Virus record (IMG/VR): IMGVR_UViG_3300027793_000052
Location: 124,001 to 188,000 of that record
Direction: 5' to 3' (one strand)
DNA length: 64,000 nucleotides
Below, in pieces: positions 56,878 through 64,000 of the stretch. The notes beneath the pieces are model-generated. The model made no database searches and was not told the DNA's origin. It saw only the letters and a list, made by a program, of their open reading frames with translations. Within the stretch, counting starts at the first letter, position 1. Every line of letters begins with the position of its first letter. Position numbers and translations under genes: made by a program.

Positions 56878-56940
56878 TTACTTCTTATTACCTTTTGGTG
56901 TACCTTTGTTGCCTTTACAACCACATCCTTTAGTCGTCAT
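56878..56940 (-). CDS. 20-aa basic Cys-Gly micropeptide (MTTKGCGCKGNKGTPKGNKK)
   Basis: Read directly; A-rich leader, TAA stop, terminator immediately downstream. Confidence 0.45.
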   Translation of the reverse strand: MTTKGCGCKGNKGTPKGNKK

Positions 56941-56958
56941 GTTGTATTTTTTTTAATG

Positions 56959-57585
56959 TTAAATGTTATTCTTTCCTTTTAACTTTGGCATTGGCATTAC
57001 GGTACCGGAAAAGATAGTGTTACCTGCCTTAAATTGCACGTTTTCTTTAACTAAACGTTTATCAAAATAATCTTCAACTATTTTAGGTAAAGCTTTTGAT
57101 ATTTCAGAAGCTATTAATTTACGTAAATAAGATTCATTAATATCTACAGATTTAGATTCCACATTTTCTTTGATTGGTCTCTTTTGTTGAGTTTCGTACC
57201 TTCTTACCGGTTTTTCATACATATCAATTTCATCTTCTTCACTATATGTATTTACAGGTTCATCCATTTCTCTAAGTTGTCTAATAGCCTCTTGATCCAC
57301 ACTAACAAACTCGGCTTGTGGTATTGGATTTTCCAACATAGCTTTTTGTATTGCTGGTGGTAGTTTAGAGTTCGTCACAGCTTGTCTGTAATTTTCACTA
57401 CCAATATCTTTTTTAATTGATGGTGTGGATTCACTCATCATCGTTGTGTCACCATAACCACCCATCTGATCCAACAAACCGCCAGATTGTGGTTTTTTTG
57501 GTGCACCAGTATCAAATTTTCTTGCTGCTTTATCGATAGCTTTAGCCTTTTTCAAGATTTCTATCATTTGTGGGTTCATTTCCAT
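56959..57585 (-). CDS. Hypothetical late protein
   Basis: 208 aa with internal IKE/INE/VKE sites. Confidence 0.6.
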   Translation of the reverse strand: MEMNPQMIEILKKAKAIDKAARKFDTGAPKKPQSGGLLDQMGGYGDTTMMSESTPSIKKDIGSENYRQAVTNSKLPPAIQKAMLENPIPQAEFVSVDQEAIRQLREMDEPVNTYSEEDEIDMYEKPVRRYETQQKRPIKENVESKSVDINESYLRKLIASEISKALPKIVEDYFDKRLVKENVQFKAGNTIFSGTVMPMPKLKGKNNI

Positions 57586-57586
57586 A

Positions 57587-57970
57587 TTAAAATTTTGCCT
57601 GTTTAAATATTGTTATCATACTTCTATCCCCATTAGGGTTATATTTTGGTATATTTGAAATTCTATCTGAAATTGGTGTGTTAAAAGTTCGACCCAATTC
57701 TTGCCAATCTCTTATTTTATCCAATCTAAAAGTTTTCCAACCTGGTTGTTCGGTATCAGTAACACCTGCATATTGATATGCACGTAATATTAAATTTTCT
57801 CTAGGAGAGACACCTAACACGTAAGGTTCAATACTACGTCGACCTGGGTTGATTGTTTCATCACCCTCATAATAAATTTCAATTAAATCATGATTTGTGA
57901 TAGCCTTTTCAACTTCATTCCTACTAGCTTCTTCTACAATAATTTCTTTTAGGAGATTGTAAAGCTTCAT
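57587..57970 (-). CDS. Stand-alone WYL-domain protein
   Basis: IYYEG...GRRSIEPY.LG...LRAY...GWKTFRLDKI. Confidence 0.82.
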   Translation of the reverse strand: MKLYNLLKEIIVEEASRNEVEKAITNHDLIEIYYEGDETINPGRRSIEPYVLGVSPRENLILRAYQYAGVTDTEQPGWKTFRLDKIRDWQELGRTFNTPISDRISNIPKYNPNGDRSMITIFKQAKF

Positions 57971-59070
57971 CTTACCGATATATTGTTTTTAATAAATAGT
58001 TCATATAAATCATAATTATCATTATATTTAATACGTATCAGTTTTATATTATTTTTTTTACAATAATTATCTTTAATTTCGTCACATTTTTTAGTCCTTT
58101 CGAACTCGATACCACTTTTATCTAAGTTATGTGGTCTAAAGTGTTGTACACCATCGTATTCAATACATGTATTATAATCCGGTAAGTAAAAATCAAATTT
58201 TAAAGGTAATTTATACCTACAATTAGGAAAACTGTGTTGTTGTATATAATTAATCAAATTATCATCTAAAAAACCCTTAATCATTAATTCACCTTTAGAT
58301 GTGTTACAACTTGGGCAACCAGAACCGTTTAAATGGTTATTTGGTTTTTGATTGAATTCACCGTGTTTAGGACATGTGATAACCACTTTTGTTTTTGAAT
58401 CCACATATTTAAGGTATTTATAATCGTATTTGTTTTTATGGACTTTTTTGGCTAATTCAATAAAAACTTCTGTAGTATGAAATAAACTTTCTTTATAACA
58501 TATAGGACACCCACAACCGTTTATATGGCTAGTTGGTTTTTGTTTAAAAACACCGTGTTGGTTACATAGTATATCTACTTTGGTGTAGTTGTTCACATAA
58601 TTAACCATTGAATAATCATATCTAGACCCATGTTTTGATGTTGCTTTATTTATAAAAATTTCTTTAGAGGATCTGGTATCTGAACATTTAGGGCATTCAC
58701 AACCTTTTAAATGTAACTTTGGTTTTTGTGAAAATTTACCGTGTATTGGACATATGATATCTACATTTGTGTTTGTGTTTATATAATTAACTAAAGAGTA
58801 ATCATACTTATAACCGTGTATTTTTTTAAACCCGTTTATCACATTTTCTTTACTATTAGCAAATAACTTTGATAATTTATTTTTAGCACAAGATGGACAA
58901 GCACTTTTCTTACTTAAATGATTATTGGGTGTACACTCAAAAACACCGTGACTTGGACATATAATTTTAACTTTAGTATAATTATTATAATATTCTACTA
59001 AAGAATAATCATAACTTGAGTTATGTATTATTTTTGATTTACTAATAAAATCATATGTTTTTGTGTTCAT
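57967..59070 (-). CDS. Free-standing putative homing endonuclease: 4 zinc-ribbon repeats plus PD-(D/E)xK domain
   Basis: 4x YDY..V.Y....KV.I.C..HG.F.Q.P..H..G..CP.C; LKFDFYLPDYNTCIEYDGVQHF; paralogue of 31184..32086. Confidence 0.78.
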   Translation of the reverse strand: MNTKTYDFISKSKIIHNSSYDYSLVEYYNNYTKVKIICPSHGVFECTPNNHLSKKSACPSCAKNKLSKLFANSKENVINGFKKIHGYKYDYSLVNYINTNTNVDIICPIHGKFSQKPKLHLKGCECPKCSDTRSSKEIFINKATSKHGSRYDYSMVNYVNNYTKVDILCNQHGVFKQKPTSHINGCGCPICYKESLFHTTEVFIELAKKVHKNKYDYKYLKYVDSKTKVVITCPKHGEFNQKPNNHLNGSGCPSCNTSKGELMIKGFLDDNLINYIQQHSFPNCRYKLPLKFDFYLPDYNTCIEYDGVQHFRPHNLDKSGIEFERTKKCDEIKDNYCKKNNIKLIRIKYNDNYDLYELFIKNNISVR

Positions 59071-59089
59071 AATTAATTTGGGTGCTATT

Positions 59090-59443
59090 TTACCAATGTT
59101 GCTCTGGGTATGATATGTTATTATACCCATTTCCGTTACCAGGTTTGTACTTATTACCTGATGAGTATAATAAAGTATTTTTGGTCATAATGTCTGTTTT
59201 AGTACCTACTTGGTTGTTAGTTTCACCACGACCTTTTTCATCCATATCACTTAAAGCATTAGGGTGTTGTGCATTATATCTGTCATTATTATTATCTTTG
59301 TAATCATTTAAGACAGTTAATTTTACTCTTTCACTATCAGCTGTAGCTTTTAAACTAGGTAATTGGTTTAAGACACCACCTGGTCCCATATCCTGAACAC
59401 TGTTAGCGTCAGTTAAGATTGGAGAGATTGTTTGTGCTGGCAT
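59090..59443 (-). CDS. Hypothetical protein
   Basis: 117 aa, Asn-rich. Confidence 0.6.
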   Translation of the reverse strand: MPAQTISPILTDANSVQDMGPGGVLNQLPSLKATADSERVKLTVLNDYKDNNNDRYNAQHPNALSDMDEKGRGETNNQVGTKTDIMTKNTLLYSSGNKYKPGNGNGYNNISYPEQHW

Positions 59444-59970
59444 ATTTCTTTGTTTTTATCAAAAATGTTTATCAGAGATTCCATTAAAGCCATCTCCTTC
59501 TTTATATAAATATCTTTATTTATTTGTTTTTGTTCTTTTAATTCTTTATTACCATCAACTTTTGTTGGATTTTTAGATAAACCTTTTGTATGACTAAGTC
59601 TGTCTTTTTGAAACTGGTTCATCATACCAACATCTTTTTTCAACTCTTTAGGGTTTTTAACGCCTGATCTAGCATCTTCCAAAGTTTTATCAACCCAATA
59701 TCTCATTTTAGAACCACCATTTAATATAAATTGTGTATCTTGTTTCTTATCATCCATATAATCAGTATTGGATGTTTGGTGAGTATCAAAAAAGTTTTTA
59801 ATTCTTTTTAATTGTTCATAACTCATTTTAGGGTTTTTAATTAGATTATCCAATCTACCATAACCTTCAACATTCTTATCACCTTTATAGGCCCTATGTA
59901 TCCTTTTAAGATGATTACATAACTCTTGCGGTAAATCCCATGTGTGTCCTTGTAATGAAGAATTTGCCAT
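59413..59970 (-). CDS. Hypothetical protein
   Basis: 185 aa. Confidence 0.6.
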   Translation of the reverse strand: MANSSLQGHTWDLPQELCNHLKRIHRAYKGDKNVEGYGRLDNLIKNPKMSYEQLKRIKNFFDTHQTSNTDYMDDKKQDTQFILNGGSKMRYWVDKTLEDARSGVKNPKELKKDVGMMNQFQKDRLSHTKGLSKNPTKVDGNKELKEQKQINKDIYIKKEMALMESLINIFDKNKEICQHKQSLQS

Positions 59971-60629
59971 TATCTTAATTTTTTTAACATTTCTTGTTTA
60001 TATTCTGTTGGAATATCCATGGTATCTATATTGGTTATTAAGAAGTTTAATATAACACCTTTTTCTTCACCTGTTGCCAAATTGGTTTTAATGGCGTCAA
60101 TAAGATTTTTGGTTTTTCTAACCAAAACCGGATTTTCTTCCGCAATAATATCAATGTCAGGAATACCATTTTTTCTAATATCTCCGTCTTTTCTAACTTT
60201 ATCTAAAACGTCTTTAGATATTTTTTTAGAAACAATATCCTCAACATATTCTTCCATTTTTTTCTTAGAAGATTCTTTTAGTTTATTTTTTGCACATATT
60301 TTACAACCTTCACCTTTACAATGTTTACAAGTTTTTTCTTTTTCGTCATCCATGTAACTAATATTATCATCAACATCTATACTATTTCTCATAGGTGTTT
60401 TAACAGCAGGCATAGGTACAAGAGAGTACCACCCTCTATAACCTTGTTGTCTTGTACTTTGTATTGATGAGTTTTTTATTTGGTCACCATCTTTAGGATC
60501 AAACATAGGATCCATGGTACTATTGGAGGCCGATTTAGAATTGTCTACACTTAATTTGACATTGTCACTACCTAACTTACCGCCGTCTTTATTAACCAAT
60601 TCTTGTATTATTTTCTTAGATATAAACAT
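59970..60629 (-). CDS. Hypothetical late protein with a CxxCxGxGC motif
   Basis: CKHCKGEGCKIC; GATATTTATA upstream. Confidence 0.6.
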   Translation of the reverse strand: MFISKKIIQELVNKDGGKLGSDNVKLSVDNSKSASNSTMDPMFDPKDGDQIKNSSIQSTRQQGYRGWYSLVPMPAVKTPMRNSIDVDDNISYMDDEKEKTCKHCKGEGCKICAKNKLKESSKKKMEEYVEDIVSKKISKDVLDKVRKDGDIRKNGIPDIDIIAEENPVLVRKTKNLIDAIKTNLATGEEKGVILNFLITNIDTMDIPTEYKQEMLKKLR

Positions 60630-60642
60630 TTTAAGTTTTCTT

Positions 60643-60652
60643 TATAAATATC
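60643..60652 (-). promoter_or_regulatory. Candidate late promoter GATATTTATA
   Basis: Between polB and the gene starting at 60629. Confidence 0.55.
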
Positions 60653-60671
60653 AAAGAAAACTTAAATATTC

Positions 60672-63530
60672 CTAATTTTCTTGTAATTCTTCAAAACGAT
60701 CCTTTATCATATAATTTGAAGGTTTACCATTTAAATCCCAAAATTTAATCTCACTATCACTCATAGTCATAAGTTCCTCCAATGTATCTTGGTCTTCAGG
60801 GTTAGTTGCTACACCACCTATTAGTTCTAATTCCTTAGATGTGAAAAATTGTTTATTTTCAGGGTTATCTATAATTAACGACTCTCTAATATGTAATGGG
60901 AATACAACTAAAAGTGGCTCAACTTTTTTATTAAAAGCTTCAATGTATTTTGGTACATTATAATCACCAGTCAAATCGGGATTTTTCTTAATTTGGTCTT
61001 CTGTAATTAAATAACAGTTAAATTTAAGTTCACCTTCAGGTGTTTTTTTAGTCTTACTGAAAGAAATATCGGCATGTGATTTACGACTACCGTTATTAAC
61101 ATAATACAAAGTATCACCTAAATTAACATGAATGTTATCACGAATTATTAATTCCATGTGGGCCTGTCTTGGTAAGTCTCTACCATTTTTATCCAAACCT
61201 CTTTTAAGGTACGATTGAACGGTTTTTTTAACTTTAGATTTGTTAGCTATATCAACTAAAGGTATTTGTTTATTATAAATTTTTTCTAAATACCCATAAT
61301 AAAAATCAACAAATTCTTTACCTTTACCATCCAATAATAATCTAATAGCCTTAGCTAAGAATTTCTCAATATATTTAGGTATTGTTTTACCCTTAATAGT
61401 ATTACCTGTTAATTTAACTTTACCACTTGGTTTTAGAATGGCATAATTCTTTCTAGACAAGTTAATGGTAGCGTCCATAATATCATCGATATCAAGACCC
61501 ATAGCACCAAACATATATCTTTCATTATATTCAGCAACATCTGCATCTATACCTGTATAAACCTCATCTTTTTTAACAAAACGATGTAAACCCTTACCAT
61601 TATACGTTCTATTTTCAACATCTTCAGGACATGAAAAGTTAACACCATCAGTATCTAACACTAAAGGTGTATAACCTCTATCCATGAAAAATTTAATCAT
61701 TAAACGAAGGTATTGTCTACCTGTACAAGTAATCATTTCACCTATATCAATATCACCCCAAGGAAAAATATAAGGTGCTGAAATAGAACCAAAAGCTGAG
61801 TTATTTAAAATTTTAATAGGTAATTGTTTTTTGTCATACATAGATGATAATTTCATATTACCTTTTGCTGCCTCGTCATTCATTAATTTTTTATACTTAT
61901 TACGAGTATCAGAAAGATATTTTAACATGGCTCTCAAAGCTCCTGTAATGTCACAACTTGGGAATACTTCATGTGTTAATTGTATGGACGGATAAAGTGA
62001 TGCGTAGTCAAATTTAGCCACCTTCTTACTATACCCTAAGTGTAATAACCTCGATAAACCACCTGTGAAATCTCTTTTGGGTAGTATATCAGGTAATGCC
62101 AAACCATTTTCATAAGACCAAGACATCATTAATAATTTCCACATTGTTGCCGTACCCATAGTTATTGAACGGTTAAATGTTGTTGGTACTAAAGCTGCCG
62201 TTAAAAAACCTGCTTGTGTGTAAATATCATCTACTTGCTCAGTTTCCAACAAGTCATCCGTAAGATATTCTGTAATTAAAAATCTACCGTCAACCTCTTC
62301 CCACTTATCTTCATAACCATCAATAACAACCATCTCACCTTTTTTATCTTCAAATAATTTAGGTTCAGGTTTAATACCATCTAAATCATACCATTGACCA
62401 CTAGTTGGGTTGTACCAATATTTTTTATTCTGAACCCACATTCTACCTAATTGACCCCCGTCCACATAAACACGATTAGGTCTTTCTACTTTGGCTTCTT
62501 TAGCGATATATTTTAAACCTGCCTCTTTTAAGTTTGAATTTAATGCCTGTGCCTGTCTAACCCTATGTAAAGTATCTAAAATGTTAATACCCCACATAAC
62601 TGTTTGTTCATATTTTTCTAATTCAGCACCTAACTTAAGGGACGCTGTTTTACGATACATAGGTATTTCAGGATGTCTTGTTTTAATAATACCTTTAGTG
62701 TTTATTGTGGTTGTTTTATCACCTATCTTACTAATAACAAAAGCTTCATTACTAATACCTAAGATTCTCATTCTACCTAAGATATACTTCCAGTCAAAGT
62801 TTTCTGAATTATAACCTGTAATAATAGAAGCATTACGTTCATGTAAAATGTTAAAAAATTCTTTTAACATTCTACGTTCAGTTTCTTCACTCCAATTACC
62901 ACTTTCATCATAGGAGTCAATAATCTTACGAAAACCACGATTGTCTTTAATCCCAATCAAAAATATGTGACCATCTTCAGGATCTAATGAGGTGGTCTCA
63001 ATATCAAATACTAACTTATGAACCTCAGTATAATCATCAAAACCTTTAAATAAACGTTTACCCGTTTGTATCATAAACTGTTCGATGGGTTGTACCATTT
63101 GAATTAGGTCTTTTCTTTTCCAAGGGTCTAAACCACCTTTTTTAAAGAAGTTTATTAATTCTCTATATGTACCAGAAGTTTTAACAATAAATTTAAAACC
63201 ATCTTCTAAACGTTCATCACCGTCAGTTCTAAGTTTCTCTGTGAAAATACCGAATTTTTTGGCTTCAGCACGCATTCTATCCATGTCATCACCATAGAAA
63301 CCACTGCCTCTAAGTGATTTTGTCCATAAGAAAGGTGTAAATTTTTGGGTTTTTATCATTTTACCCTTTTTAGGGTCATCGATAAATGTGTAAACTCTAT
63401 CGGTTTCATCTACCGACCAGTCCCCAGTTTGGGGTAACTCTACGGCTACAATATATTTTTCAGGGTCTTGGCCTTCTAGAAACACCTTAATATCTTCGGG
63501 TGTTGCTTGTTTAATTTCTTTTTTACTCAT
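60672..63530 (-). CDS. polB: DNA polymerase family B
   Basis: Exonuclease FDIETT, GYNSENFD, YLTDD; polymerase KFDYASLYPS, KQLPIKILNNSAFG, LDTDG. Confidence 0.95.
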   Translation of the reverse strand: MSKKEIKQATPEDIKVFLEGQDPEKYIVAVELPQTGDWSVDETDRVYTFIDDPKKGKMIKTQKFTPFLWTKSLRGSGFYGDDMDRMRAEAKKFGIFTEKLRTDGDERLEDGFKFIVKTSGTYRELINFFKKGGLDPWKRKDLIQMVQPIEQFMIQTGKRLFKGFDDYTEVHKLVFDIETTSLDPEDGHIFLIGIKDNRGFRKIIDSYDESGNWSEETERRMLKEFFNILHERNASIITGYNSENFDWKYILGRMRILGISNEAFVISKIGDKTTTINTKGIIKTRHPEIPMYRKTASLKLGAELEKYEQTVMWGINILDTLHRVRQAQALNSNLKEAGLKYIAKEAKVERPNRVYVDGGQLGRMWVQNKKYWYNPTSGQWYDLDGIKPEPKLFEDKKGEMVVIDGYEDKWEEVDGRFLITEYLTDDLLETEQVDDIYTQAGFLTAALVPTTFNRSITMGTATMWKLLMMSWSYENGLALPDILPKRDFTGGLSRLLHLGYSKKVAKFDYASLYPSIQLTHEVFPSCDITGALRAMLKYLSDTRNKYKKLMNDEAAKGNMKLSSMYDKKQLPIKILNNSAFGSISAPYIFPWGDIDIGEMITCTGRQYLRLMIKFFMDRGYTPLVLDTDGVNFSCPEDVENRTYNGKGLHRFVKKDEVYTGIDADVAEYNERYMFGAMGLDIDDIMDATINLSRKNYAILKPSGKVKLTGNTIKGKTIPKYIEKFLAKAIRLLLDGKGKEFVDFYYGYLEKIYNKQIPLVDIANKSKVKKTVQSYLKRGLDKNGRDLPRQAHMELIIRDNIHVNLGDTLYYVNNGSRKSHADISFSKTKKTPEGELKFNCYLITEDQIKKNPDLTGDYNVPKYIEAFNKKVEPLLVVFPLHIRESLIIDNPENKQFFTSKELELIGGVATNPEDQDTLEELMTMSDSEIKFWDLNGKPSNYMIKDRFEELQEN

Positions 63531-63622
63531 ATAAAACTCTGTTTGGGACGGGTTACAGATAACCTCTCGTTTATAAATTAATAACTAATAAAATTTATAT
63601 AAATAAAATGATATTGTGAATA

Positions 63623-63961
63623 TTATTTTTGTTTAATAATTAATTCACCTAAAACTTCTATCAGACCAACCAATTTTTGAAATTCAACTTGTGACATTTC
63701 AACATTTTCAGATAATTCACATAATTGGTCTAATTTTTCTTTAAATTCTTTTTTTGTTTTTTCAATATCTAACTTACCTTCCATAGCTTTTTTATAGTAA
63801 GGAAGTTTAACCCTAAAGTGATGGTAAGTTAACATCGCTGGGCCACCTTTTTCTTTAGCATTGTTTGTGATTTTTTCAGCTCCAGCTAATCTTTTTTCAG
63901 CAAAAGTTTTAAAACTTTCACTATTTTCTAATTCTTCTTTTATTAATTTTCTTATATCCAT
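63623..63961 (-). CDS. Hypothetical tagged protein
   Basis: Likely start MDIRKLIKEE at 63961 (TAATG overlap with an upstream truncated ORF). Confidence 0.6.
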   Translation of the reverse strand: MDIRKLIKEELENSESFKTFAEKRLAGAEKITNNAKEKGGPAMLTYHHFRVKLPYYKKAMEGKLDIEKTKKEFKEKLDQLCELSENVEMSQVEFQKLVGLIEVLGELIIKQK

Positions 63962-64000
63962 TAACAAACTATTTTACTCTTAGTAAAGCTATCCAATACC

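Noticed and set aside
1944-62814. Other short antisense or out-of-frame tracked ORFs (e.g. 1944, 6147, 6824, 8666, 12837, 13437, 15251, 19247, 24126, 24599, 27072, 28891, 29390, 32496, 38656, 40080, 41231, 41694, 46034, 47788, 54074, 59082, 60019, 62491)
   Set aside because: They overlap well-supported genes, have composition typical of reverse-frame AT-rich sequence and show no motifs.
1-64000. Alternative genetic code (stop recoding, common in some huge phages)
   Set aside because: Terminase, portal, capsid, PolB and GS are full length in code 11, and genes abut tightly, mostly with TAA stops.
1-64000. tRNA, rRNA or CRISPR arrays
   Set aside because: I saw no cloverleaf-compatible GC-rich segment or regularly spaced repeat-spacer array; intergenic gaps are short. 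A tRNAscan or CRISPR finder run would confirm.
1-64000. Eukaryotic giant virus (NCLDV) origin suggested by the GSII gene and glycan cluster
   Set aside because: T4-like gp17/gp20/gp21/gp23 homologues, a gp5-like OB-fold, a sigma factor and bacterial terminators identify a tailed phage.

Overview
This is an AT-rich segment of a very large T4-like (myovirus-type) dsDNA phage genome in the standard genetic code. The host is probably Bacteroidota: there are no Shine-Dalgarno sequences, one promoter matches TTTG-N19-TAnnTTTG exactly, and DUF4494- and DUF6717-like genes are present. Positions 1-25.8 kb (mostly + strand) hold the head module: terminase large subunit with a Gln-terminated LAGLIDADG intein, portal, prohead protease, scaffold and major capsid protein. 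This module is interleaved with a type II glutamine synthetase, a CCA-adding/2H-phosphoesterase fusion, a SprT-like protease, a Hef-like endonuclease and three paralogues of a PcfJ-like domain. Positions 25.8-64 kb (- strand) hold baseplate/virion genes, a gp55-like sigma factor, a ~24 kb glycosylation island (about 12 glycosyltransferase-like genes plus sugar-modifying enzymes, PhoH, dUTPase, an exonuclease and an HslV-like protein), a WYL protein, two zinc-ribbon-repeat homing endonucleases and a family B DNA polymerase. The most notable signals are (i) a shared N-terminal 'MKxLIKKILxE' tag and internal (I/L)xE sites on many unrelated late proteins, suggesting a capsid-cargo loading and processing system, (ii) a tagged one-chain tRNA 3'-end repair enzyme, and (iii) a self-contained glycan pathway with SG-x-T motifs in virion proteins. 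All family assignments come from motif recognition by eye; no database search was run.
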